Assembly (NCBI RefSeq): GCF_037042905.1
Contig: NC_087252.1
Coordinates: forward strand, 26,352,001-26,416,000
DNA from: Lytechinus pictus
Taxonomy: Eukaryota
Direction: 5' to 3'
DNA: 64,000 nucleotides
The position numbers and the translations under genes were made by a program. The notes under the pieces are model-generated. The model was not told the DNA's origin and searched no databases. It saw only the letters and a program-made list of their open reading frames with translations. Each line of letters starts with the position of its first letter. Position 1 is the first letter of the stretch. Below, piece by piece: positions 25,988-39,980 of the stretch.

Positions 25988-27779
25988 CGGTATCGATCGT
26001 ATGCAAATGATGTATCACGAATGACTGCTAATATATCAGTTATGATAGTAGGAAAAATCCACTTTTTAGGGTTGATATACGTAATGGAACGGAATTGTCA
26101 ATATTTCGAATGAAGATCACAAATACAAGATTTTAGTTCTTACCGCAGTGGTTTTAGTGGCGCCCGTGAGGCATGAAAACGATAACGACGACGATCGGCA
26201 GAGAATATGTCCAGTTATATAAACACACGCATGGGACTAGGAGGCAGTGATCTCCAGGTGTCAACAAAAAAATCACAGTTGAAATGGCGTAAACGCGTGA
26301 GATATGTAGATAAAAGTATATCAGTAAATATATATTCACATTGACAATGACAAAGAAACAGATGAAATCCCCCGATATCAAACCAAGATCGACAAAGAAA
26401 TGCAAATTTGCAGAGGTGATTTCCCTTCTTGTCTCCTTCGATTTGATATTAACTGAAAGTATATTGTGTGTTTGGGAAATTCCAATTCATTAAGTAGATT
26501 ATAAGAAATATACACTAAAGGCAAAACATAATTTGTTTTTATCTTCGGGGGCTACTTTTCACATCTTATTACCTGAATCCGCAACATTGAATAAGCTTTA
26601 ACATTGCAATGAAGGGTAAATTTTCCACGGTTCTTTTGAGCATTCCGGGGGGGTCAAATCACTCCAAACCTAGCACCATCCCATCCCCCCCCCCCTGAGT
26701 ATTTATTCCCTGGTGACCTAAGACAGTTGTGATGTAGGGGATATAAAATGAAAATATGTTTTGTTTTTCAGGAAATTTTTTCAAATTTACACAAAAATTT
26801 ATTTTGATTGGGTACCCGTACAAAACTATTTTTGGTTTTGTTTATGTTTATATATATAACCTATTCAAAAGCTGGAAATAAGCTGAAAACTTCATAATTT
26901 GATATTCGTCTGCAGCTATCCGCTCTCCAAGCACAATATTTGTAAGATGAGTAAAACATAACAAAGTTTTTCTGAAACAGTAAAAAAAAAAAACGGATTT
27001 GTAGTTATGTTAGGGGTGTGTTAAGTTATGGACATAACATGAAGGATAACAATACATCATAGTTAATTAGCTCAATATTTTGGAATACTATCCCAGGCCT
27101 TGAAGTGAAGTGCAACTTTGCGTTATAGAATCGCCAGACAGCAACAACATTCACCTACAACAATTCATGTCTCATTGGATCAGTGCCTACTACTAGGTGA
27201 ACTTCTGGTTAACCCTACTTGATCAATTTTCAGCACCTTTCGACATCATCGGAAATAGAGTTGTTAAACAGATGCAGGGGACATCTACACTCTTGCATCA
27301 AGGTCATGTGCTCCGAGTGTTAAAAAAAAGTCGAGAAAATCCACAAAAGGTGGCCATAATTGGACTAAAATGAATCCAAACTCGAGCAAGAGACGACCCT
27401 TTGTGATCGCCATGTGATGGCTTCACCGTCGCCATGGCAACCCAATTAAATGATGCGAGGAGCAGGTGCGGGATGGGTCGGTGGGAGGATCCAGGCATCA
27501 AATCCAGCTTGGCCGGGTTTAAGAGGGGGGATAGGGGACTTATGACCTAGAGGTTGACCTTAAGTGCGACCTTCAACCTGACCTTGAGCAGTTGGTGAGG
27601 TGAATGGGTTTGTTTTGTTATGACATCATCAATTTCCACTCCCACATCGAAAAACAATAATGTCGCAAAGTGAACAGACAGAAAGAAAAGGCAGCATGAA
27701 TGTTTTTATAAGAGTTGTGGGAATAACAAAACATACTGTTTTATCAGAAACTCTGGATAAATGATATTTCTTACTCAGT

Positions 27780-28262
27780 AGGTGTATTCAGACCTCAAAG
27801 AAGTTTAAAAAATACCAGGTACTCTCTGATCCAAAAAGTTGCCTTCATCAACCCCGATCAGAAAATAACCGTTATTTTTTGCCAATGTGAAAGCAAAATA
27901 CTTGCAGTATTCCGGAAGAATATACCCGCTAAATAGAAGGTACAAGAACTATCACAAGGATTTTTCCAAGTTTGCAGGAATTTTGGCAGTTTGAAAGCAA
28001 ATTACAAGAACTTTCTCAACCCAGCAAGTAGTTTGGGCATGAGCGCCGTATAGGGCTGCTGAGCAAGTGATTATACATTGCGTAGCTTGCCTGCTAATCA
28101 GACTATACTGCGCGTGCTCGTAACTTCTAAAACTTACCCCGAGAGAGTCTGCTTCAGGTCAGGATGAATGTGGAAGATAATTATCAGGTATTTTTTTAGG
28201 CTGAACAAGTTCTTGTAATTCAAAAAAGTATTCTGGTGATCTGAGTCAATCTGAATACACTT
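27780..28262. mobile_element. Diverged inverted copy of the 17786-18261 MITE family
   Basis: GGTGTATTCAGA...TCTGAATACAC ends; internal blocks are the reverse complement of 17786-18261. Confidence 0.6.
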
Positions 28263-28501
28263 ATTAGTGCTCTTCTGTTCTTGATTGTTAGGATACATAT
28301 CTGTACAGATATATTGCACATAGAATTAGGAGGCCAAATTGTGATTTTTGCTTGTCTTTACAATCACATTTTAAGCTATTGAGGCTATGAAACTCAAGAA
28401 AATAGTTATATTATTTCAGTTGGCTACCAAATGTTGAAAAGAAGGTAGGTCCTGCATGTTTCATTCAATGTTCATTAGATGACACTTCACAATGTCATTA
28501 A

Positions 28502-29072
28502 AGGGATCGTTTAACTTTGTGAGCAGCTGATTAAAAAAATTCTCAAACTGAGTTGAAACGTGCGTATGAGTGCCTGTATTTGTCCTCAAAAACCCTGAAA
28601 CAGACCACAATATAGGATGAAAAACTCTAATTTAGATACAAGTAGCAATTTATTAGCCTGATTTTGAGAACCGTCTAGTAGACGGGTGCAGCTTATGACC
28701 AGTTTTCTCCAATTCAAAAAGTCCGTTGGCTATTTTGACTGCCTTCTGTTGTGTGTATCTCCTATACACACACTATTAGCTGCACTGTACATTCAGCGTA
28801 TACCTTGTACACACTGTATGTAGGTCATGCTGTGTTCATCTAGAATTAATGTGTTGTGGTGCACAGATTCCCTGTATACACATAGTCATTGAAACCAACT
28901 CCCAATTATTTCAAACTTTGGTTTACATCTCCAAGGTTTTAAAATTGATCCTGTAAATATAATACTTTGAAACTTTTGGGATGGTATTTTTACACTATAA
29001 GCCTAATGTTTAGCCCATTTTCAGGAACCAAAAGGAGAATTTTTTAAATCAGAACAAAGTGAAATGATCACT
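28502..29072. mobile_element. TTAA-target non-autonomous element
   Basis: TTAA|AGGGATCGTTTAACTTTG...CAAAGTGAAATGATCACT|TTAA. Confidence 0.65.
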
Positions 29073-29109
29073 TTAATCTTAAGTTCTCTTGGATACATAT
29101 CAAATTTAA

Positions 29110-29510
29110 TAACACTGATCATTCTGTTATTACCATGGTCTTGTGTAAAGTTCCCCCGTCTGATAGGAACAAGGGAAGAAGCTGTCGCAATTAATAACAA
29201 TAGAGTAACTTTACGATGAACAAGTCAATGTCATCAGAAAGGGCACCAATTCTAACATATTTCATTCAAAGCATAGATGGGACTGCACATTGTTATTAAC
29301 AATTGTAAGTTCCCTTGAACATGTATCACATTCAATGATACTGTGATGAATATTTTAATACTATGGTCTTGTGAAAAGCTACCGTCTGATAGTAACAGGG
29401 GAAGAAGTTGTCGCAGGTAATACAATAGAGTAACTTTACGATGAACAGGTCAATGTCATTAGTAAGGGCAACCAAGGAGACACATCTGGGACACATAGAG
29501 CATTGCAACC
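29110..29510. repeat. Local direct duplication (~235-bp period)
   Basis: caatagagtaactttacgatgaaca(a/g)gtcaatgtcat occurs twice. Confidence 0.8.
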
Positions 29511-30655
29511 CATTCAGACGAGAGCAGAAAATTCTAAAAATCTTACAACGAAAGTCTGGTGAAGCTTGTAGCCTCGCAAGCAAGAGCTTACCAATGGGTA
29601 AATGTTCGTGATTGTGGATAAACGAGCCTCTTCTCATTTCTAAAGACCTTGATTTGAAAGGGTGTTGTGGTTTAGTGGGTAATTAAAGGAATAAAAAACA
29701 ACAAAGTGCAAGATTCAAAATTAGGTGAAATTTTGCTTCCATGACATTTGCTCCGGTGGCAGTTGCTTCAACGGAAAATCTGCACGTTAAGCCTAACATA
29801 AAATCTAACCTCCAAAGTTAAATAAACCCTAATCATAATCTTTACATTATTCTGAACCAAAAACTAACTTGCTATCCTAACTCTAACCCTATGCCCATTG
29901 AAATATTAAGACCGGAGCAAATGTCTTGTCAACAAAATTTTAGTATCATGTTCAGGGGCCCATTACAGAAAAAGTTGGGATCAAACACAACTAAAAAAAA
30001 ATCAAACGCAACTTGACTTTCAACCAATGAAAAGAGCAGATTAGGAATCTGGGCTTGATTTTTCAAGTTGTGTTTACACACTTTTTCTGCAACGGTTAGT
30101 TTCATGCTTTTGACCAAATATTTCAATGAAAAACATCATAATTTGCACATTCAGACTAGGCAGAACTGGTTTCCTCTCCAATAGCTACATGTACACGCAT
30201 ACAAGCACATCACTAATGCACCAAATTGCGATAGTCCGAACTGGGGATGGCGGCTTACATGATAGTGCGAGGAGGAATTCAAACAACTCTAGATGACCCT
30301 ATTCCTATCTGTTTCTCTCGTTTTCAACCCATCGCTCCCAGATTGTACCTAACAGGTTGCTACACACCAGCACGAGAAGATGAGAAGAATAGTGTACATC
30401 CCTTTAAAAGATGGTAAGAGGAATTTTGTCCTGAAAGTTATCTTTGAAATAACCCCGACATGCCAACGTTTTGCGACACGAGAAGGGAAGAAACAGAAAT
30501 ACGAATCTCTGATATTGCACATCACATCTGTGGAATTCTGTAACCTCCATGTTTTTCCGAATTGTGTAATTTTTTTTTGTGTTTCCATTTTGCAGAAAAC
30601 TTTGGACTTTACATTAGGTCTATACCTTATCCAAGGGAAGGTGCACTGTGTCCTA

Positions 30656-31118
30656 GAGGCTGTTCTCACTACGTTCCTAAAACTAGTTTACTGGAAACTA
30701 GTTTAGTGGAAACTAGTTTAACGCGTAGTGAGAACGGTCAAAGCGGTCTTGGAAGCGATCTTCCAAACCAGTTTGGAAAACCACCTCGCGATGTAGTTTT
30801 CAAGATCGCTTTGCCTCGTTAAACTGGTTTAAGCGTAAGTGAGGACACAACCGTTCTTCGGGAAGCGATCTTCGCACATTTTGAGCGCGCTACTCCACAC
30901 GACAGGTGTAGAATGCCTATGCTGCGGTTTCGAATTTCGCGCGAAACATGTCACCCCACTGAGAGCGTTTCCATAGCAACAAGAGCGCTTTACGTGAAGT
31001 GATTTTGAAAACCACTTTCGTGTGATCAAGTGAGAACGCTAGCAAAGCGATCTTCCAAACTGGCTTTCTGAACCAGTTCCCAGTAAACTAGTTTTAGGAA
31101 CGTAATGAGAACAGCCTC
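30656..31118. mobile_element. MITE, PIF/Harbinger-like (inverted copy of 23763-24226)
   Basis: TIRs GAGGCTGTTCTCA..TGAGAACAGCCTC, CTA TSD. Confidence 0.9.
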
Positions 31119-31764
31119 CTATATTATGTACCTCACCCCAACCCCCCCCCCCCCCCCCATTAGTGACACAAAAAGATTATCTTAGATGTGTTATGACCTT
31201 GAGCACATCACAACTTTCCATGCTTAATGAGCAGGCAATATTAAAAGCAATACAGCGATGTGTTACATACCAAATAAAATTTGGAATCTGAGTATAATAT
31301 ATTTGTAAAACATTTAATCTTTGTTTAAAAAAAATCTCCCAGAATATGCAACTTCTCCTGAAGGAACCAAGGTTTATAAAACAGGCGACCCGTTTTTAAC
31401 TTTAACGCTGCAAATTTGTATTTTCACCACAAAACACATCAATAAAAATTTACATGCCTGGTGGGAGGAATTACTTCTGAATTCTTTTTCTGATCTCCAA
31501 TGATGGATATGTACATCATATCCCAATATTTCCTTTCCAACTCAGAAGAACCAATCATCCCCTTGCTGAGTTGACTGAAAATAGGTCAAAGGTCACATTG
31601 TAAGCCTCCCACCTGCTGCTGAAAGAGTTTAGGTCCAGACTTGGTTTAGAGTAATCATATTTATCTTCATGATAATAATGATAATAACAAAAACAACCCC
31701 CAGAGGTAACAATGCCTCATTTGATCAAAATCACGAAGTCTGTGTTTCGCAGACCTTGTACTTT

Positions 31765-32075
31765 GATAATAATCTGCTTTCATCTAGCGCTTAATACATA
31801 TGAACAATGTGTCTAAGCGCTTTACAGATATATTATTACCCGGTCATCGGATTCAATCAGTCATTCCCGCACACAATGTGTGCATGTCCTCCACTCCCTG
31901 GGGAGTATTCAAGTCAGTCGCCGGTGGGGCGCACACAGTAACGGACAAGCTACAATGACTTTCACATCCTATCGGGTACCCATTTAGCACCTGGGTCGAG
32001 AGTGGCAAGGTGTGGATAGATTAACGCCTTGTCAAAGGACGCCAGACCATGGTGGGATTCGAACACGCGACCAAC
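31765..32075 (-). mobile_element. tRNA-derived SINE
   Basis: B-box GTTCGAATCC (rc, ~32055-32065), shared SINE core, TAT-rich tail. Confidence 0.7.
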
Positions 32076-35075
32076 ACGATGATGTCGGTCCGAGGGCCTC
32101 AGACTGGGCCTCGGACGTAAAACTTGTGTTTGAATACAACATGAGTTTTCACACCGCAACGCACGACAGATTCAAGAACAGAGTAAATGTATTGAAAATG
32201 TCTGTCAAAATACAAAGAACAGCTGGAAGGTCTTTGTTAATGATTGGTGAACCGGAACAACAGATTTGTTCTAAGTTTCTGAGCTAACGCAAATTTGAAA
32301 ATACATGTATTACCTTTGTCCAGAGTCCAGGGCGAAACAGCAATTTTGATTCAACAAGTTTTCACAAAGACCTTTTGGTTGCTCTTTGTCATGAAGTGCA
32401 TTTGATTTGACAATATATTTTCTATGTTCTTGAATCCGTCATGCGTCGTGGAGAAAACAACTCCCTATTAGTTATCAAATACAACAATTAAAAGCCAGAT
32501 ATCCCGGGAAAGGGTTTGTTTTGAATATCTTTTGGAATTCAATTTGGAGACTCAGGGGTACATCCCCCCCCCCCCCCGCCCCATGACGGGAGGTCATTGG
32601 TTCTATCCTCAGCAGGGTCAACTTCTGTGTTAGCTTATAGTTAAGTGGCTACCTTAGGTATAAAACAATCATTTATACACTGTATTCCTATACTGATTTG
32701 AATGCCCTGCAACCACTAAAGAAATACTTATGTATCACAAATATATATTTTACTAAGAAACAACAAGGAAACATATGGTATATTGGACAAAAAGAACATG
32801 TTTAGGGTGTATACAGCGATCTATTTTGAGTTCCCCCCCCCCCTCCACTCCCCCTGTGAGTACTTGAATAAATGAGTCCCAATTACAGTCGCTTAATGCT
32901 GTGGATTCACTTTCCAACTTTGGTCTCAACCAATCAGACTAGCTACAATATAATCAAAACTTTCTCTCTGACTTCACCACTTGCCGAACTTTGGCATATC
33001 GTCACGGAAAGCTAATCAGAGTATCATTGTATCTTAATGTGTCTATTTTTCTTCATAATAAAAGTGGGGTCAAACAAATTCCCTTGGATTTACGAGAGTA
33101 GATTGAAACAGTTACAAGACACAAATGCGTTTTGTGTGAGGATATCACCCCTGACGATGATCACGTTTTAGCAATTTACCATGCTAGAATGGCAAAGACA
33201 GAATATTAAAGGGAAAGGTGGTAATGGAACAACCGCTCAAAGAATGGGAAAAAGTCCCTTTTTGAGATATCAGAAGAGGTACCCAAAGGATAAAATGAAT
33301 GAAATAATACCACTTATCTTGCAATAAGTACTGCATTTCAAGATGTTTATCAAGGTTAACAGGACTCTATGATGATTGCTGTTTTGAATATTTTTCACTC
33401 ATTTTAGCCATGTGCCATTGTCCAATCTTACACTGACGTTCAGAATATAAAATGTCAAAAAAATTGAGTCAGTCGACAGCAATTAGATATTCTTTCTTCT
33501 TGGTATATTAGAAATTCTTAGAAATTGGGCAAACATTTCAGGACACAATCTTGATGTACATTTCAGGCTCTTTGATAAAACCTACAACACCTAAATATAA
33601 ATGTTTATCAAGGTCTTTTACTTTGAAAAATGAATAATAACATTACTAGGAGATGCCACTAAATCTGACCAACTATTAAACTAAAAAATCACCAAGAATG
33701 AATTAAAAAGAAATGTTAAACAATCACTACACTTTTAGCACAATAAAGTTCACAATATTAAACTTTCTCCAATGCTGTCGACATGCTTTAATCACTGCTA
33801 TTAAGTTTATCAGAACGCTCTGTAAGTTTTATATTGATTTATCTGTTTTCTATCACTTGCCAAATTTTAAGTTTCAGGGGGTGAACAGGAGGAATAAGAA
33901 TCTTTATAGGTCAGCAATGACTTAATAATGGAGAAATTGTTACAAATTTTAGAACAAATTGGAGGTCAATTTCACTTGGACCACCTGGGAGTAACTTGAC
34001 CAGAAGTTATTGACCTAGCGGTCATTTCTGACTGGTGTTTTGAGGTCATGTGACTTTGACCAATTCCAACACAATTTATGGAGAACAATTTTCTCCTTGG
34101 AATTAATTTGACACACAAAAAATTCAAATGTAGTGATAAGAATCAAGCATATATGATTATGGTATATTACACTGTACTCTGGCCTCTGGGGGCGTTTGCA
34201 AGAAGCTAATGAGTTCTATCATTTTATTTTGCAGACCTAACGCACTACAAAACTGAGACATTCATATTATAATTAACATAATTACAAATAAATCTGATAA
34301 TAGAATGGTTTTAAAACATCTAAAATATTGATGTCAAATCTGCCAAAAGACTCCAATGATTTTTATCAATCACTGCAAACTCAAGATTAATTTAATTCTA
34401 TGATTGGAAAAAAAATATCAAAGCGCAAGCTAATTCACAACTATCCCTCTGTTTTCAGCATAAATTATATAAAAAATCTCCCTGTATCATATTCACTTCT
34501 AGTCAGCTGATAAAGAAAATGTTTTGATTGGTAGTCATGGCAACTATCATTTTCACGGGGTCATACAGGTCATTTCCAATTAATTGAGTTTTCAATTTGA
34601 CTGAAGTAGGGAGCTCCTATCGCAAGAAATTGGCATTTACTTGGCAATGATTATCGAGTGCTCATTCATAACAAGATCGAAAAACATTATTAAAATGTTG
34701 ATTTTTATAGGATTCAGGAATTTATTTCATGTACTTCTAGTCCAAATAATAAAGTAAGATATTAAAAGTTGAAAAGGACATGCTAATTATCCTTCGGTAG
34801 AAAAACCCACAAAATCGCCTCACTCAATTTTAAAATCCATTAAGGATAAAAAATAAAATCATGAAAAATCATGTGAATTTCTGATTCTAAACCACTTTGC
34901 CAAATATCATGATTTTCTGTTTGATTAAATGTTTTCTTTTTATTATTACATGTATGTCCTGTTCATTTATTCATTTCATTCTCACGTTTCCAACACAGTA
35001 CTCATACAATGTTGTAGAATGTATACTTGTAATGTACTCTTTCAGGTTTTCTTACTTAAATTTGTTTATACATGT

Positions 35076-35660
35076 AGGACAAATCGACCCTGACAAAAAG
35101 TTGATTTGAATAAAAAAATCCAACAAGCATAACACTGAAAGTTTCATCAAAATTGGATGTAAATAAGAATGTTATGACATTTTCAAGTTTTACTTATTTT
35201 TCACAAAACAGTTATAACTCAGTGATATGCAAATGAGAGAGTTGATGATGTCCCTCACTCACTATTTCTTGTTTTTTATTGTTTGAATTATACAATAGTT
35301 CACTTTTTACAGATTTAACAATTAGGACAAACTTTACTTAACCATAAAATGTTAAACAGAGGTAATTCCTCATGTCCAGGGGGAATAACACTTTGTTTCA
35401 TATGACAATGAGGACAAAATTAGAATAATTCATATTTTCATGTAATAAATTACAACAGAAATAGTGAGTTGGTGATGTCATCAGTCCCCTCATTTGCGTA
35501 CTGTCCAGGATGTGTATAAAACTGTTTTAAATTAAGCGAAACTTTAAAATATCATAACTCTTTTAGTTCACATACGATTTTCATGAAATTTTCAACGTTA
35601 TGCTTGTTTGATTTTTCTTTATTGATTCAAATCAACACTTTTCTGGGGTGGAATTGACCT
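35076..35660. mobile_element. TTAA-target element, family A
   Basis: Colinear with 14105-14697; right end GACCT|TTAA. Confidence 0.8.
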
Positions 35661-35981
35661 TTAAATGCGTTTAAAAATTTGTTCTCTCTATCATTTGGCA
35701 GTCATCACGTTGCAGGCTCCAAAACTTAATAAAAAGCCAAAGCGAAGGAAAGGATTAAACCATTGCAAGGTAGGCATAAAATGATCTACAGATGTAATGA
35801 CGGCATCGTTGAAATCCTGAGAAAAAAAATGACAGTATTTTAAGATCAAAGTTGCAGCTGGTTACGTCTCCTCCTTTCCTGTAGCGCAAAAAGGTCACTA
35901 ATGATTACCAAGCATGCATGGGAAACAGATTGTTTGATGTGTTCATACTCAAGAATAATTTTGGCATTATATGAAATGTTT

Positions 35982-36256
35982 TAATAATAATATAGGATTT
36001 GTATAGCGCACGTATCCACCTTGCTAGGTGCTCAAGGCGCTCCTATATTACCCCAGCTAGGCTGGTCTAACTATTCAGGTGCACACAGCTTTTTTTGAGG
36101 AATTACTTCCTGCCGATACCCATTTACCTCACCTGGATTGAGGGCAGCACAATGTGGGTAAATTTCTTGCTGAAAGAAAACACGCCATGGCTGGGAATTG
36201 AACCCATGTCCTTCAGATTGAAAGACGAGAATCGTAACCACTAGACCATGATGCCC
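35982..36256 (-). mobile_element. tRNA-derived SINE
   Basis: B-box-like GTTCAATTCC (rc, ~36194-36203), core shared with 13059-13340, (TAT)n tail. Confidence 0.72.
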
Positions 36257-36745
36257 CATTCATTTGATCTACATGCGTTGGTCTACATCTCACATAATAA
36301 TAATCCGCTTTTATATAGCACTTAATACATCTGAATGACATGTCTAAGCGCTTTACAGATATATTATTGTATACAGATATTGTATACAGCTATACAGATA
36401 TATTACATCTCACATAGTCTTATAACTTATGGGTTAAACTTATTTGGTGTATCATCAATTTGGTCTAATTGTCACTTGGTCTAAGCTTCACATAGGATGT
36501 GTTACACTAAGAGTAAAGTGTGACTTAGAGTAATGCTTAAAATGCCAATGGGCACTTTAACGCGTAATCTGACTGATAGCTTGTGTTAGTGCACATCCTG
36601 CGCGCATGTTGTGACCAATGTGGCGATGCGTTACATACCACGCGCAACTGAATTTGAAGTGCTGCTTGTTTGTGATGTCACAAAATCAAAAAGTTGAAAA
36701 ATTAAAAACTTTCTCATTCTTTGATGAATTTTCATCAAACCTTAA

Positions 36746-37140
36746 AGAGAAATTCCAGTAGTTGCAGTAAACACTGATTTCATGAGAAATTCTGTAAAAC
36801 CAGGCTTAATTATCAGTATATCATCGAGGATCTAGATCTGGTACAGTTACATAAACCAAACTTTGTGAAATCTTGAAATCTACGCTGACAAATGTTCAGA
36901 CTGAACTTCCCCAACACAGATAAGCGCACGTGGGACAGTGTATAATTATTGCTTTGAGTGTCGGGCCCGACGCTCTACCCGAATCCTGTGCTTATTTGCT
37001 GATTTCTCAGCAATTACACAATTTCTTCCAGAATCCTTTGGCACATGCGTTTTATTTATACAAACAGACACTTTGGTGGTCATTTCATTGGATTCTGTAC
37101 GAACTCATTTTGATATCGTTACCAAAACTAGCATTTACCT
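36746..37140. mobile_element. Probable TTAA-target non-autonomous element
   Basis: TTAA|AGAGAAATTCCAGT...ACTAGCATTTACCT|TTAA; TIRs imperfect. Confidence 0.55.
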
Positions 37141-38470
37141 TTAACAAATATTCTTCTCTAATTTATAAACTAATTGTCAGGATAAACTTCCGCTTTAAAA
37201 AGAGCAGTTCCTGAAGATGGTGTGCAAAAAAAAGATGCAAAATATGAAACTCAATCATGACTCTTCTCATCTGTACATCTGGTACGAATGAATAACGAAA
37301 AAAAAACGATAATGTAAAGGTAGCTCAATATCATTTAAAAGTCTGAACAAGCCCTAAACGGAGACAGTCCAGTAGTTACCCACATGTTGTACATTCACCG
37401 AGAATGGGTTAAATGTCATTGTAGGGCACGGCAACTGCCAAATTATCATCGACCAATTAATGAGAAGAAGACTACGATCACTGTGAACCAGCTTTGATCT
37501 AGACAGAATGAAAAACTTCTAACAGAATACAGGAACCAAGAAACATCCTGGATCTATTATCTTCCAACATGTATGCCCTTGTTCCTATTAATAATAAGTC
37601 ATTTTGGGGTCCATTACAGAAAGAGTTTCATGTGATCGTAACTCAAAGAGTCGATCTTAACTCCCAATTGTATGCTATTGATTGTTTGTAAATCATGTTT
37701 TATGTTTGATTATTGGAGTTGCGTTTGACTGCAACTCTTTTCACAAGAGGACTATGGGGTAAGCCTGATTCCATACCCTGCCACCACCAACCACCATAGG
37801 GAAGAGAAAGGTAATATGAATTGCATACATTTGGGGTGCTATTTGAAAGAATGTTCATTTACTATCCCTCCCCCCCCCCCCTTCCCTCCCTAAAAAATAG
37901 ATGAGGACAAAGAAAGCAACATCAAAAGAGAAGGGGGAAAAAAGCAAACAGGAAGATGCAAGCAAGAATATGATGTCCTGGTAATATTTCAGCAATAACG
38001 TATATCAATCCCATGTTATGTTATTCACCGCGGGGAAGAGGGGGAGCACTGCCATTCAATACAATGTGGACACCATGCTATTACACATAAGCATGTGAAA
38101 GGGGTACTCGTATCGAATGACCAAAATCTGGAACAAAAGGTATAGACCCTACTTTTCAACACTATCATGGATATGTAATATTTGGGATATTATCGAAGGT
38201 AACAAAAACATGATGAAAATATTGGATTAGGGTATTCTGAGATGGAAAGGTGAAAAATTGTTTCAGGTCCATATTGAAATTCCATGTATGAGTATGCTTT
38301 CCACCTTGAAAAGACAGAGCCTCCCCCCAAGATCGAAGGGTGAATTCTTGTATAGGGTTTATATTGAAAACCAATGTACACGCATAGAGTCCAATTTGTA
38401 ATGACAGTGCCCCCCAACCCCCCCCCCCCCCTGGAATGAGCAATAAAAGCAGAATATTATTATAACTTAC

Positions 38471-38668
38471 CAACACACTGAATGCCATCTGCAGTTCTCC
38501 TCTGCACAAAACCGGGTGGGCAGGACGATCCTGGGTTGGGGTTTGGATTAAGATTGGAATTGGTGTTTGAATTGGGAAACGGGTACGGTCTTGGGTTCTG
38601 CTGCGGGTTTGGTCTCGGATCGGGTCTTGGATTGGGTCTGATGTTGGAATTACAGCTCTGGCATCCCC
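38471..38668 (-). CDS. Pro/Asn-rich linker exon with partial EGF
   Basis: ttcag/gtaag ends, 198 nt, phase 1-1: GGCQSCNSNIRPNPRPDPRPNPQQNPRPYPFPNSNTNSNLNPNPNPGSSCPPGFVQRRTADGIQCV. Confidence 0.9.
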
Positions 38669-39019
38669 CTGAAGATTGGTAGTAAAATGAAATATGAATC
38701 AGACATAACAGGAAAATTGCTTGATAGTAAGAAAATAATAATTGTGATTACCATAAAAACATATTATCATCACGATAACTGCAAGTACTGTACGATTGTT
38801 ATCACAGCTGAAATAACTGTTCATTTCAGTCATTGCTATAATAAACATCATCACCAAACAGGCAATCATCATCACTATCCCCTACTCAATCATAATTATA
38901 ATCAATATCTATGATTGAGTTGCGGATGATGATGATGATTCTGCCTCCCCATGGAAAAATCTACATTTCGCACAAGTTGAGATATTAAGCACTTTATTTT
39001 TTCTCAAAGCTGCTCAAAA

Positions 39020-39980
39020 TGATGAATCATCAGTGCCATCATCACCACCATATCCATAATCATCATCATCGCTATCAACATCATTATGCACTCACCAACA
39101 CCATCATCACTATCATTGTCACCGGCCACCACCACCATAACCTTCATCATCACCTCCATCAATATCAACATCCTCACATCACCATCGTCATAATCAACAT
39201 CACCATCATTATTTTTCACAAGCACTATCATCACCATCACCTTCTTTTACCATCTCCATCATCATCATCACCACCACCGCCACAAGTATCACAATTACCA
39301 TCATCATCACAATCAACCCCACCACTACCATCACCATCACAATTATCACCATCCCCAAAGTAGCCATCCCCAAAATCACAATCACCGAAATGGCAAAATC
39401 ACCATCACCATCACAACCAGTACCCTCATATCATCATTATCATCACCATTATCACAATTGCCATCATGTCTAGGCCAAATCATCACCATCACCACCATCA
39501 CCACCATTATCATCACCACCATCATCATCACCACCATAATCATCACCACCATCATCATCACCACCATAATCATCACCACCATAATCATCATCACCACCAT
39601 AATCACCACCACCATAATCATCACCACCATCATCATCACCACCATCACCATCACCACCATCATCATCACCACCATAATCATCACCACCATCATCATCACC
39701 ACCATCATCATCACCACCATCATCATCACCACCATAATCATCACCACCATAATCATCATCACCACCATAATCACCACCACCATAATCATCACCACCATCA
39801 TCATCACCACCATAATCATCACCACCATCATCACCACCATCATCATCACCACCATCATCATCACCACCATCATCATCACCATCAACACCATCACCACCAC
39901 CATCATCATCATCACCATCATTATCATCACTACCATCATCATCATCATCACCACCACCACTACCATCACCACCATCATTC
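39020..39980. repeat. Long (CAT/CAC)n microsatellite; 15-nt higher-order unit in 39480-39980
   Basis: Units CACCACCATCATCAT and CACCACCATAATCAT. Confidence 0.95.
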
